Source: Acidimicrobiales bacterium (GTDB lineage Bacteria > Actinomycetota > Acidimicrobiia > Acidimicrobiales > JBBSGY01). Taken from it: 29,217 bases of DNA. The notes below the pieces were generated by a model. It worked only from the letters and a program-made list of their open reading frames with translations, was not told where the DNA came from and did no database searches. The stretch spans positions 1 through 29,217 of the forward strand of contig JBBSGY010000001.1 in assembly GCA_038253645.1 (NCBI GenBank), given 5' to 3'. The first letter of the stretch is position 1. Each line of letters starts with the position of its first letter. The position numbers and the translations under genes are program-made. Shown in pieces: positions 7,145 through 17,112 of this stretch.

Positions 7145-10100
7145 ATGAGCGGGGGTAACGACAAGAGCTTCACTCACCTCCATATGCACTCCGAGTACTC
7201 GATGCTCGACGGTGCAGCCCGAATCAAAGAAGTCGTAGCTGCAGCTGCAAAAGACGGCCAACCGGCAATCGGAATTACCGATCACGGCAACATGTACGGC
7301 GTCCTCGACTTTTACGCAGAGTGCAAAAAGCACGGCATAAATCCGATTCTGGGCAGCGAGCTTTACATGGCTGCCGAATCGCGGCACGAGCGGCCGACAC
7401 GTCGCGGGCGTGTCGACGACGGCGGCGGTGAGGGCGAATCCGGCGAAAAGCTTTACTACCACCTGATTGCACTCGCCGAGACGACCGAGGGTTACAAGAA
7501 CCTCATGAAGCTTTCCAGCGAGGCCTATTTAACCGGGTACTTCTACAAGGGACGCGCGGACTTCGAACTTTTCGAGAAGTATCACAAGGGCATCATTGCG
7601 ACCTCAGGCTGCCTTGGTGGAATCGTGTTGCAGGCGTTGTTGCGCGACGACGAAAAGCTGGCGACGCAGCGCGCATCGAAGCTGCAAGACATTTTCGGGC
7701 GCGACAGTTTTTTCATCGAGTTGCAGGATCACGGTCTTGCGGATCAGAAGAAAACAAACCCGCAATTGATTGAACTGGCAAAGCGAATCAACGCTCCGTT
7801 GCTCGCAACAAACGACAGTCATTACACAAAACGCGAGGACCATCTTGCGCACGATGCGTTGTTGTGTGTGCAGACCGGCTCGAGCCTCGACGATCCAAAG
7901 CGTTTCAAGTTCGATGGTGAGGAGCACTATCTCAAGTCGGCCGCAGAGATGCGAGCCCTTTTCCGCGATTATCCCGAGGCTTGTGACAACACGTTGTGGA
8001 TTGCGGAGCGTGCGAACGTTGAGATCGAATTCGGCAAACCAAAGCTCCCCGAATTCCCTCTGCCCGAAGGATTCGAGACAGACACAGAGTATCTCCGCCA
8101 CCTGACTCTTCACGGAGCGCGCAAGCGTTACGTTCCCGAAGGCGGTGAATTGCCGGGCGAAGTGATGCAGCGCATCGAATACGAACTCGGCGTTATCGGC
8201 AACATGGGATTCGACGCCTACTTCCTCGTTGTGTGGGATCTCATCGAATTCGCGCGCGGATCCGGCATTCGTGTTGGTCCGGGCCGAGGTTCGGCGGCGG
8301 GTTGTTGCGTTGCGTACTGCTTGCGCATCGTCGACCTCGACCCAATCAAATACGACCTGCTGTTCGAGCGCTTCTTGAACCCTGGTCGCAAGCAGATGCC
8401 CGATATCGACATGGACTTTGACGAGCGTCGCCGCGGCGAAATGATCAAGTACGCCGCGAGCAAATATGGTTGGGACCACGTCGCACAAATTGTTACGTTC
8501 TCGACCATCAAAGCGCGGGCTGCTGTGCGTGATGCGTCTCGCGTGCTTGGTTTTCCATATGTCGTTGGCGACAAGATCGCGAAACTAATGCCGCCTCTTG
8601 TCATGGGCCGCGACACGCCGCTCTACGCGTGCATGGAGCTGCACCCGAAATACGAGGACGGATACAGAGTTGCTACTGACCTACGTGAGCTCTACAACAC
8701 CGACCCTGACGCAAAAAAGGTCATCGACGTCGCGAAGGGTCTCGAAGGTCTGCGTCGTGGCGACGGCATTCACGCGGCCGCCGTCGTTATTACGAATGAA
8801 CCGCTCACCGAATACCTGCCGATCCAACGCAAGCCCGGTGCAAACGAGAGTCCTGAAGACGCGCCAATCGTTACGCAATACGAAATGCACGGCGTCGAAG
8901 ATCTTGGCCTGCTCAAGATGGACTTCCTTGGTCTGCGCAACCTCAGCGTGATCGAGCGATGCCTCGACCTCATCGAAGCAACCCAGCGTGAAGGGCTCGG
9001 CCCCGATGCTGCGGTCGAGCGATTCGACATCGACAACGTTGCACTAGACGACGACAAAACGCTCGCAATGTTGCGCCGCGGCGAATCAATCGGTGTATTC
9101 CAGTTGGAAGGCACGCAAATGCGAGCGCTCATGCGCGCGCTCGCGCCCACGAGCTTCGACGACGTAGCCGCACTCGTCGCTCTTTATCGCCCGGGTCCAA
9201 TGGCGGCGAATATGCACATGGACTACGCCGATCGAAAGAACGGCCGCAAACCGATCGAGTATTTCCACCCCGACGCAGAAGAGGTCCTTGGAACGACCCA
9301 GGGTCTTTGCATTTATCAGGAACAGATGATGCGTCTCGCGCAGAAGTTCGCGGGCTACACGTTGGAGGAGGCTGACAATTTAAGGAAGGCCGCCGGGAAA
9401 AAAGTGCGCGAAGTTATGGCGAAAGAGCGTACCAAGTTTGTTGAGGGTGCAGAGCGCATAAAATACGGCCGCGAACTCGGAACACAGATCTTTGACATTA
9501 TTGAGCCATTCGCTGACTACGCGTTCAACCGGTCACACAGTTATGGATACGGATATGTATCGTTCCAAACAGCGTATCTGAAGGCGCACTATCCGGCTGA
9601 GTATCTCGCGTCGCTTTTAACGTCTGTAAAAGACGACAAGGAAAAGACGGCGGTGTACCTGTCGGAATGTCGCACGATTGGCATTGATGTTCTCGTGCCC
9701 GACGTCAACACTTCAGAGTCCGACTTCGTTGCGCGCCATCCGAATGCTTCCAAGGGCGGAACTATTCCCTTCGGCCTTTCCGGTGTACGCAATGTCGGGG
9801 AGGGCCTCGTTGCGCACATCGTCAGCGAGCGGCAGAAAAACGGTCACTACACAGACTTTTACGACTTCTGTCAGCGCGTCGATTCAAGCGTGCTCAACAA
9901 GCGTTCTGTTGACTCGCTCATCAAGGCAGGCGCCTTCGATTCACTCGATCATCCACGTCTCGGACTCACAATGGTCTACGAGCAGATTGTCGAGACAACG
10001 CTTGCGCGCCGGCGCGAACGTGACGCCGGCGTCCTGAGTCTGTTCGGTAGCGTCGGCAGCGAAGACATTTCGTTCGACGACACGCGCATACCGATTCCGC

Positions 10101-10729
10101 CCGATGAGTATCAAAAACATCAGCGCCTCGTCGAAGAAAAAGAGATGCTGGGTCTTTACGTGAGCGACCACCCGCTCATGGGTGCAGAGGCAGCACTTCG
10201 CAAACATGTTGACTGCTCAATTGCAGATACGAAAGATCTCAAGGCCAGCGACATGCGCATTGTCGGTGGCATCGTCACCAGCCTCATCCGCCGCTACACA
10301 AAGCGCGGCGATCTCATGGCAACGTTCACGCTCGAAGATCTGCAGTCGACGATCGAGGTATGGGTGTTTCCCCGGACGATGCAAGAGTGGGGAAACTTGC
10401 TCGCGAACGACGCCGTTGTTTGCGTAAAGGGCCGCATCGATGATCGAGATGATCAACTGAAGCTCGTCGCAATGGAGGTGAAGCGTCCCGAGCTCTCGCT
10501 CGACGGCGCCGCGGAACCCTTGAACTTGTTGATTCCGATGAGCCGTATGAGTGACGGGCTCGTCGACGACTTGAAAAAGCTCCTCAGCGAGCATCCCGGC
10601 GAGTCCGCCGTTTTCCTCAACATCGGCGAGAAGAAAATGAAGCTTTCCGGTGAGTTCACCGTCAATACCGACAACGGCTTGATTGCCGAACTACGGGTCT
10701 TGCTCGGAGCCGCTGCGGTCATCCTCTGA
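7145..10729 (+). CDS. dnaE: DNA polymerase III alpha subunit (DnaE1 type)
   Basis: PHP domain HLHMHSEYSMLDG...TDHG...TNDSH, GPGRGSAAG, catalytic PDIDMD, KMDFLGLRNL, FADYAFNRSHS, C-terminal OB fold. ATG 7145 chosen over TTG 7091. Confidence 0.97.
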   Translation: MSGGNDKSFTHLHMHSEYSMLDGAARIKEVVAAAAKDGQPAIGITDHGNMYGVLDFYAECKKHGINPILGSELYMAAESRHERPTRRGRVDDGGGEGESGEKLYYHLIALAETTEGYKNLMKLSSEAYLTGYFYKGRADFELFEKYHKGIIATSGCLGGIVLQALLRDDEKLATQRASKLQDIFGRDSFFIELQDHGLADQKKTNPQLIELAKRINAPLLATNDSHYTKREDHLAHDALLCVQTGSSLDDPKRFKFDGEEHYLKSAAEMRALFRDYPEACDNTLWIAERANVEIEFGKPKLPEFPLPEGFETDTEYLRHLTLHGARKRYVPEGGELPGEVMQRIEYELGVIGNMGFDAYFLVVWDLIEFARGSGIRVGPGRGSAAGCCVAYCLRIVDLDPIKYDLLFERFLNPGRKQMPDIDMDFDERRRGEMIKYAASKYGWDHVAQIVTFSTIKARAAVRDASRVLGFPYVVGDKIAKLMPPLVMGRDTPLYACMELHPKYEDGYRVATDLRELYNTDPDAKKVIDVAKGLEGLRRGDGIHAAAVVITNEPLTEYLPIQRKPGANESPEDAPIVTQYEMHGVEDLGLLKMDFLGLRNLSVIERCLDLIEATQREGLGPDAAVERFDIDNVALDDDKTLAMLRRGESIGVFQLEGTQMRALMRALAPTSFDDVAALVALYRPGPMAANMHMDYADRKNGRKPIEYFHPDAEEVLGTTQGLCIYQEQMMRLAQKFAGYTLEEADNLRKAAGKKVREVMAKERTKFVEGAERIKYGRELGTQIFDIIEPFADYAFNRSHSYGYGYVSFQTAYLKAHYPAEYLASLLTSVKDDKEKTAVYLSECRTIGIDVLVPDVNTSESDFVARHPNASKGGTIPFGLSGVRNVGEGLVAHIVSERQKNGHYTDFYDFCQRVDSSVLNKRSVDSLIKAGAFDSLDHPRLGLTMVYEQIVETTLARRRERDAGVLSLFGSVGSEDISFDDTRIPIPPDEYQKHQRLVEEKEMLGLYVSDHPLMGAEAALRKHVDCSIADTKDLKASDMRIVGGIVTSLIRRYTKRGDLMATFTLEDLQSTIEVWVFPRTMQEWGNLLANDAVVCVKGRIDDRDDQLKLVAMEVKRPELSLDGAAEPLNLLIPMSRMSDGLVDDLKKLLSEHPGESAVFLNIGEKKMKLSGEFTVNTDNGLIAELRVLLGAAAVIL

Positions 10730-10787
10730 GCTCTGCGATCTCACGCACTGTCAAGTCGGTGGCTCATGGATCGTAGGATGACATTCC

Positions 10788-11708
10788 ATGGAAGAAAAGG
10801 TTTCCGAGCTCTTTGACCCCTCGTTGTGGAGAGCCGTGGACGGGTTTGATTTCACGGACATCACTTACCATCGGGCGACACACAACGGCAAAGATTGGGG
10901 TGCCGTCCGTATCGCCATAAACCGCCCGGAGGTACGCAACGCCTTTCGACCACAGACAGTTGACGAACTCTGCCGAGCTCTTGATGACGCCCGTATGACG
11001 GGCGATGTGGGATGCGTCCTTCTCACGGGAAACGGTCCATCCCCTAAGGATGGCGGCTGGGCTTTCTGCTCAGGCGGCGATCAACGCATAAGGGGGCGTA
11101 CCGGGTATCAGTACGCCGGCGGCCAGACCTCGGACACCGTTGACCCTGCGAGGGCGGGCCGTTTGCACATTCTCGAAGTACAACGACTGATTCGATTCAT
11201 GCCGAAGTACGTGATTGCAGTCGTGCCCGGCTGGGCTGCCGGTGGAGGTCACAGCCTTCATGTCGTATGTGACCTCACAATCGCCAGCGCGGAACACGCG
11301 CGCTTCAAACAAACCGACGCTGATGTCGGATCATTCGACGGCGGTTTTGGAAGCGCGTACTTGGCGCGTCAGGTCGGGCAGAAATTTGCGCGAGAAATAT
11401 TTGCGCTCGGTCGTACCTATACGGCTGAAGACGGCTATCGGATGGGCATGGTCAATGCCGTCGTTCCTCACGGAGAACTGGAAGAAACCGCCTTGCAATG
11501 GGCCCGCGAAATAAATGCCAAGAGCCCGACGGCGCAGAGAATGCTCAAGTACTCATTCAATCTCATTGATGACGGATTGGTCGGACAGCAGCTTTTCGCA
11601 GGAGAAGCGACGCGCCTTGCCTACGCCACCGATGAGGCAATCGAAGGTCGCGACAGTTTCCTGGAGAAGCGACCGCCCGACTGGGCTGAGTACCCCTGGC
11701 ACTACTAA
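10788..11708 (+). CDS. menB: 1,4-dihydroxy-2-naphthoyl-CoA synthase
   Basis: RPEVRNAFRP, AFCSGGDQR, GWAAGGGHSLHVVCDLT, GSFDGGFGS and EGRDSFLEKR; crotonase-fold MenB signature. Confidence 0.96.
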   Translation: MEEKVSELFDPSLWRAVDGFDFTDITYHRATHNGKDWGAVRIAINRPEVRNAFRPQTVDELCRALDDARMTGDVGCVLLTGNGPSPKDGGWAFCSGGDQRIRGRTGYQYAGGQTSDTVDPARAGRLHILEVQRLIRFMPKYVIAVVPGWAAGGGHSLHVVCDLTIASAEHARFKQTDADVGSFDGGFGSAYLARQVGQKFAREIFALGRTYTAEDGYRMGMVNAVVPHGELEETALQWAREINAKSPTAQRMLKYSFNLIDDGLVGQQLFAGEATRLAYATDEAIEGRDSFLEKRPPDWAEYPWHY

Positions 11709-11721
11709 CACTAAACCCGCA

Positions 11722-11766
11722 TTTCCTGAGCTGCGGGTGCCGTAACGGCACCTACAGCTCATGAAA
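11722..11766. repeat. 45-bp REP-like palindrome, copy A
   Basis: tttcctgagctgcgggtgccg-taa-cggcacctacagctcatgaaa; same length and similar sequence to 22621-22665. Confidence 0.8.
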
Positions 11767-11779
11767 ACGAAAGGAAGCA

Positions 11780-12664
11780 ATGGCCGACTTTACGAATGTC
11801 GTAGTGATTTACAACCCGAACAGCACGGGTTCGAGCAAAGACATGGCCGAGGCTTTTGTTGCCGGTCTGGAGCATCTCGATATCGGCATTCCGCTCGAAC
11901 TGATTGCGACAGAACACGCCGGCCACGCCACGGAAATCGCGCTCGAGGTGGCGAAGAAATACGACCGTCCCCTTATCGTGTCGTCCAGCGGCGACGGTGG
12001 ATACAACGAAGTCATCAACGGTGCGTTGCGCGCCCAGTTCGAGGGCGCCGATCCGGTCTGCGCTGTGCTCGCCGCCGGAAACGCCAACGATCATCGCCGC
12101 ACAATCCGGCGCCGGCCTCTCGTTGACGCCGTGAAAATGGGCGCCGTTGAACGCATCGATGTGTTGGAGGCATCGATTGAAAGCAGCACTGGAAACACAC
12201 GACGATTCGCGCATTCCTACATCGGAATCGGACTCAGCCCCGAGGTCGCAGTCGAGTTGAATCGCACGTCCATCAATCGATTTAAAGAGGCGCTCATCGT
12301 CATCAAGTCCTTGGGTGCGTTTCATCCCGTTCGAATTGATGTCGGTGGAAAGCAGTTGGTTGTCGACAGCATGATCTTCGCGAACATCAGCGAGATGGCG
12401 AAGTTTCTGACGGTCGCCAAGGACGCACAGCCCGATGACGGTTATTTTCGCGTCGTCACCTTTCCGTACAAGCACAAACTGCATTTGTTGTTTCGTTTGG
12501 CGAAGGCCCTTCTCGGTACGTCAAAAGGAGTCAGCACGAAGTCCTACGAGTTCCGTGCAGTGAATGACATGTTGTTGCAGTTCGATGGTGAGATCGAAAA
12601 GATAAGCGAAGGGGACAAGGTTTCGATTGTCATCCGGCCGCGGACTTTGGCGACGCTGCGCTGA
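11780..12664 (+). CDS. Diacylglycerol-kinase family (YegS/BmrU-like) lipid kinase
   Basis: IYNPNS, TEHAGHA, SSSGDGGYNEVING (variant of GGDGTxxEVxNG), AGNAND, YIGIG and FDGE motifs. Confidence 0.85.
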   Translation: MADFTNVVVIYNPNSTGSSKDMAEAFVAGLEHLDIGIPLELIATEHAGHATEIALEVAKKYDRPLIVSSSGDGGYNEVINGALRAQFEGADPVCAVLAAGNANDHRRTIRRRPLVDAVKMGAVERIDVLEASIESSTGNTRRFAHSYIGIGLSPEVAVELNRTSINRFKEALIVIKSLGAFHPVRIDVGGKQLVVDSMIFANISEMAKFLTVAKDAQPDDGYFRVVTFPYKHKLHLLFRLAKALLGTSKGVSTKSYEFRAVNDMLLQFDGEIEKISEGDKVSIVIRPRTLATLR

Positions 12665-12873
12665 TCGAAAACGTATGAAACCAGGCTGAAAAGCCCGGGT
12701 TTTCACACGATCTTCAATGAATTTTGCATTGTAGAACATCATGATACGCAGAGTGACAATTCGATTGACTTTAGTGCCACATGATGTGCCAATAATTCTT
12801 TTCGGCGCTTAAAAGCGCTGATGATCAGTAACTCGATCGACGGTACCCTCACCGTCGGAAAAAGGAGCCCCCT

Positions 12874-14178
12874 GTGTTTCACCGTGGTATTTCACGGCCT
12901 TCGCGCGGCAAGCGCTTCGCGGCCATCACGGCAGCGATCGCGATTGCAGCAACCGGATTATTCGGTTTGAACGCGCTCAAGGCTGATGCCGCGTCGCCGG
13001 CATGTCGCACCAGTACGAACAATCGGAATGCCGACACAATTTCGTTTACTTTCCAGGGCACTACCCACCCCATGTACAAGCGTTACTGCGATGTTGGGTC
13101 CTCACACGCTGTTTACGCTGGCAACCCGAACGACACCAGCGTCGACTTTTTCAGCACTGAGATCGGCGTTCAGTACAAAAACAATGTTGTGGAGGTCTAC
13201 TGTCAGGTTCCGGGCCCGGACTTGAGTTCGTCAACCTCGGGTAGCCGCTGGTACCTGCTGACCAAGCCAACAGCTATTACGGACGGCAACCGTAACAACG
13301 CGGCACGCGGTGTCGGGTTTTTCGCCGCCGGCTTCACGGTTCAGGGTCGAAATCCAGCCGCCAGTGACGGTCACGTGCCTGGTGTGCCGTTTTGCTCCGA
13401 GCCCAACAGCTGGACAAGCAGGATCGATGGTCAAGGTTCGAGCGGCTTCAACACCGGTTTGTATTCGGACTACAACTCGGTTTCCCGAGTGGGCTACGAC
13501 AGGGGCTATTACTCGGACTCAAGCGGCAAGAATGTCGTTCCTTCGAATAACACCTACAGCAATTACGACAACAACTACCGCTATGGCAACAGCGCCGTCA
13601 GTGGCGGGAACGTCAGCGGGAATAGCGGGAATGGGTATGTCAGCGGGAATGGGTACGCCGGCAGTTACAACTGTGCCACCGGCACGAATTGCTACAACTG
13701 CGACAGCAACGGGCAGAATTGCAGCAACTGCAACGCCGACGGCACGAATTGCACCAGCTGTAATGGGGCGAATTGCAACGGCTACAACGGCAACCGCTAT
13801 GACGGCAACAGATCGAACTTCAACCCGCCGGCCAACACTTGTTCGAACGGCAAGACCTCGTTCCGCGGGAAGTGCTTCAGCAGTTTCAACTTCCAAACCT
13901 TCCGGCCTGCTTCTCCTGACAAAGATGCCCCGATAAAGGACGACAACGGCACGGTCACCGGCAGCGCCCCCGCCGGCTCATACGCCTTGATCTGCCAGTC
14001 GAACCACGAGAGGAGCGCTCTCGGCGCAAACGAGACCACTTATAACCGGGGCGGCGGCCAGGCAAACGACAACATCGCCTGGGCTCGCATGGCAAACGGC
14101 GGTTGGCTACCCGAAACATTCATCACTACAGGCGCCAACAACGGGCCGTTGCCCAACCTTGCGGACTGCCCGGCCTAG
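12874..14178 (+). CDS. Secreted hypothetical protein with an Asn/Gly/Cys-rich repeat core and two putative SH3-like domains
   Basis: SD aaggag before GTG, Sec-type signal peptide ending ALKADA, codons rich in aac/tac/ggc, own terminator downstream. Confidence 0.85.
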   Translation: MFHRGISRPSRGKRFAAITAAIAIAATGLFGLNALKADAASPACRTSTNNRNADTISFTFQGTTHPMYKRYCDVGSSHAVYAGNPNDTSVDFFSTEIGVQYKNNVVEVYCQVPGPDLSSSTSGSRWYLLTKPTAITDGNRNNAARGVGFFAAGFTVQGRNPAASDGHVPGVPFCSEPNSWTSRIDGQGSSGFNTGLYSDYNSVSRVGYDRGYYSDSSGKNVVPSNNTYSNYDNNYRYGNSAVSGGNVSGNSGNGYVSGNGYAGSYNCATGTNCYNCDSNGQNCSNCNADGTNCTSCNGANCNGYNGNRYDGNRSNFNPPANTCSNGKTSFRGKCFSSFNFQTFRPASPDKDAPIKDDNGTVTGSAPAGSYALICQSNHERSALGANETTYNRGGGQANDNIAWARMANGGWLPETFITTGANNGPLPNLADCPA

Positions 14179-14214
14179 TCGTCTGATCAGGGATTTCATA
14201 GTCACAGCACTACG

Positions 14215-14246
14215 GGAGCCCGGGGCGAGTGCCTCGGGCTCCTTTT
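14215..14246 (+). terminator. Intrinsic terminator
   Basis: ggagcccgggg-cgagtg-cctcgggctcc 11-bp stem (one G-U) followed by tttt, 36 bp after the stop at 14178. Confidence 0.85.
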
Positions 14247-14354
14247 CAATATCAATCACGCTCAGTGAAATTCGGTTTGGTGGTTTCAAGAAAGTTGCCG
14301 CACCGAATAGGCTGTAGCGTCCGCAGGCTTCAAAAAAGGGTAGGACGCACGCGC

Positions 14355-15035
14355 ATGGCAATCGAGGTTGAAACCAAGGACTGCACGGCTCTGAGTGATT
14401 CAGAGATCGCCGAGATGGCGGATCTCTGTGTCGACGGGCCTTCCGGTTACGACGTAGGAATACTTTCCAAGGCACGCGAAGAGTGGGTGCTTGTGTCCCA
14501 AGCACGCGAGAACGGCAAGCTCCAGGGCTTCTGCTTCTGCACACTCGAGCGTATCGGTGGAACGCCGAGCCTTCTCTGGGGTATCGCGTCCATCAAGCGC
14601 AACGCAAAGCGCGACACGGTGATGCGAGCGATCATCGCCGATGAGTTCCGTCGCGCCGTGCTCGCGTTTCCCGATGAAGACGTGCTTGTCGGCACCCGTT
14701 TCCTGGAGGCGTCGGGCTTCGGCGCGTTCTCGCAACTCGACGACATCGTGCCGCGTGTCGGCCACAAGGCAACGGGCGAAGAGCGCCAGTGGAGCCGTCG
14801 ACTCGCAAAACGTTTCGGTGTCGAGGGCCGTCTCGACGCACAGAGCTTCATTGTTGAAGGTTCGGGTGAAACTCAGGCCGGCTTCGACATTGAGGCACTC
14901 AAGCCCGAGGCGATCACTGAAGATGTTCGTTCGTTCTTCAAAGAAGTCGACACCAAGCGCGGCGACGCACTCATTGCATTCGGTTGGGCAATGGCTGAAC
15001 TCCTCGGTAAGCACTCGCCCGGCGTCAAGCCCTGA
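14355..15035 (+). CDS. Conserved-looking hypothetical protein, possible GNAT-like fold
   Basis: 226-aa ORF from ATG 14355 with host-like codon usage. EWVLVSQARENGKLQGFCFCTLERIGGTPSLLWGIASIKR resembles GNAT strands beta2-beta4. Confidence 0.75.
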   Translation: MAIEVETKDCTALSDSEIAEMADLCVDGPSGYDVGILSKAREEWVLVSQARENGKLQGFCFCTLERIGGTPSLLWGIASIKRNAKRDTVMRAIIADEFRRAVLAFPDEDVLVGTRFLEASGFGAFSQLDDIVPRVGHKATGEERQWSRRLAKRFGVEGRLDAQSFIVEGSGETQAGFDIEALKPEAITEDVRSFFKEVDTKRGDALIAFGWAMAELLGKHSPGVKP

Positions 15036-15161
15036 TCTCGCCTGCGAAATTTCGCTCTCGCGCCGTTGTCGTTCGGCTCACTGGCGTTGTCGTTCGGCTC
15101 ACTGGCTTAGCCAGCTTCGCCTCCTCCGCCTTGCGAGAACAGAATTTCGTCTGGCGAGATC
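15034..15161. repeat. Imperfect ~28-bp inverted repeat between convergent genes, enclosing a 2 x 21-bp tandem
   Basis: gatctcgcc-tg-cgaaatt-tcgc-tctcgc (15034-15061) pairs with gcgaga-acag-aatttcg-tct-ggcgagatc (15133-15161). cgttgtcgttcggctcactgg x2 at 15064-15105. Confidence 0.7.
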
Positions 15162-17101
15162 TTGAGTTGATCTCGCAATTCTTCGAGGGTGTGGGCGACG
15201 GGCCCGCACGCTGTGCCGGTACATACGTACGCACCATCTGTTCGACCCTCCCACAGGCGGGTCGAGTCACGTTCGCCATGAAGTAAGACGTTGCGCGGCA
15301 GATAATGCTTTTGAACGAGCGCAACAAGTTCCGCATTGTCTCCCGCTACGACGGTTTCCGTCGTGGTCGCAGTCAAGAAATCGATTGCAATAGCCATGTT
15401 GGAGAACGCGGTGGGGTAGTGCTGCATCTGCGGAGTCGCGAGTGACGTAATCTGCTCCGCACGTTCACGGAAGTCGGGGCGATCGGTGAGGGCGGCCAAG
15501 CGGACGAGGCCGGTAGCGGCAGTGCTGTTGGCGGACGCAGTGGCTCCGTCGAACGTATCCTTGTTGCGCACGATCAACTGTTCAGCGTTGTTGCCCGTGG
15601 TGAACAGCCCACCGACAGCGTCGTCCCAGAACAACTCGATCATCGCGTCGGCAACAGTTTCTGCCAGTTCTCTCCATCGCGCACGCCCGGTGGCTTCGGC
15701 GAGTTGTGTGAATGCAACAATCAACCACGCGTAGTCGTTTGCGAAAGCCGGAACGCCGGACACAGAGCGCAGCCGGCGACCATTGTGTTGCAGAACTCGC
15801 TCGACCGAGTCAGCGGCTTGCACGGCTGCTGCAATCCATTCATTGTGTTGTAGGGCGGCTCCTGCCTCGGCGAGCGTCGCGATGAACATTGCGTTCCACT
15901 CGAGGAGAACCTTGTCGTCGAGCGCCGGGCGCACGCGGCTTTCACGTGCGTCGAACAACAACGCGCGTCCGCGCTCGATCATCTCCGAGCGCAGCAAGTC
16001 CCCGCGCACCGGGCGATGCAAGATGTTGGAACCTTCGAAGTTTCCGGCAGCCGTAGTGCCGTACCAACTCTTTACAGCAGATGCAATGGCGGCGTCGGGA
16101 ATGGCGGCGTCGGTCTCCTCAAGCCGCCACACGTAAAATCGGCCTTCTTCGCCTTCGGAATCAGCGTCTTCGGATGAATAGAACATGCCGTCGGGTGACC
16201 GGAGATCACGCAACACGTACTCGATGGTTTCCTCGGCCACTTGGCGGTAACACGGTGCGCCGGTTGCTTGATACGCGTGCAGGAAGATGCGCGCGAGCGA
16301 CGCCTGGTCATAAAGCATCTTCTCGAAATGCGGAACCATCCAAAACGCATCGACGGAATAACGCGAAAAGCCGCCACCGACGTGGTCGTAAATACCGCCT
16401 GATGCCATTGCGTCGAGCGACGTTGTGACGGCAGAAAGCGACTCGTCACCGCCGAGCTGCAGTAACAGTTCGAGACCGCAGGTCTGAGGAAACTTGGGCG
16501 GCGATCCAAAACCGCCCCACTCGTGGTCATGTGCGGCGAGTAGAGCGTCTCGTGTGTGGGCGACAAGCGTTGCATCGACGGCATTGGTAGCGCGTTCAAT
16601 GTGTGTGCGGGCGGCAATCGAGTCACGTAACTGATCTGCCTGCACATCAATGTCACCGCGTCGTTCACGCCATGCTTGGTCAATTGCTTGAATGACGTCG
16701 GTGAAAGTCGGCATGTCGCCGACCGCTCGCTTTGGGAAGTAGGTGCCGGCGAAGAACGGCTTACGAGCCGGCGTGAGCAATACGGTCATCGGCCAGCCGC
16801 CCTGTCCCGTCATGGCTTGAGTTGCTTCCATGTAAATCGAATCGATGTCGGGACGTTCTTCGCGATCGACCTTTACATTGACGAAGCACTCGTTCATGAG
16901 TCTCGCGGTTGTTTCGTCTTCGAACGACTCATGAGCCATGACGTGACACCAATGACATGAAGCGTAACCAACGGACAACAACACCGGCTTGTTTTCGGAC
17001 GCCGCGCGTTCGAATGCTTCGTCTCCCCATGGGTACCAGTCAACGGGGTTGTCGGCGTGCTGGCGAAGGTACGGGCTGGTTTCGTTGCCGAGTCGGTTCA
17101 T
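15107..17101 (-). CDS. Thioredoxin-domain protein, YyaL/SSP411 (SPATA20) family
   Basis: [60 protein letters not shown] and DDKVLLEWN. Confidence 0.95.
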   Translation of the reverse strand: MNRLGNETSPYLRQHADNPVDWYPWGDEAFERAASENKPVLLSVGYASCHWCHVMAHESFEDETTARLMNECFVNVKVDREERPDIDSIYMEATQAMTGQGGWPMTVLLTPARKPFFAGTYFPKRAVGDMPTFTDVIQAIDQAWRERRGDIDVQADQLRDSIAARTHIERATNAVDATLVAHTRDALLAAHDHEWGGFGSPPKFPQTCGLELLLQLGGDESLSAVTTSLDAMASGGIYDHVGGGFSRYSVDAFWMVPHFEKMLYDQASLARIFLHAYQATGAPCYRQVAEETIEYVLRDLRSPDGMFYSSEDADSEGEEGRFYVWRLEETDAAIPDAAIASAVKSWYGTTAAGNFEGSNILHRPVRGDLLRSEMIERGRALLFDARESRVRPALDDKVLLEWNAMFIATLAEAGAALQHNEWIAAAVQAADSVERVLQHNGRRLRSVSGVPAFANDYAWLIVAFTQLAEATGRARWRELAETVADAMIELFWDDAVGGLFTTGNNAEQLIVRNKDTFDGATASANSTAATGLVRLAALTDRPDFRERAEQITSLATPQMQHYPTAFSNMAIAIDFLTATTTETVVAGDNAELVALVQKHYLPRNVLLHGERDSTRLWEGRTDGAYVCTGTACGPVAHTLEELRDQLKISPDEILFSQGGGGEAG

Positions 17102-17112
17102 CGTGAACCAAC

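Noticed and set aside
7145-10729. Intein or split in dnaE
   Set aside because: The length (~1,194 aa) and motif order are those of an uninterrupted DnaE.
10724-10737. 7-bp duplication across the dnaE stop (ctctgag ctctgcg)
   Set aside because: Too short and imperfect to distinguish from chance.
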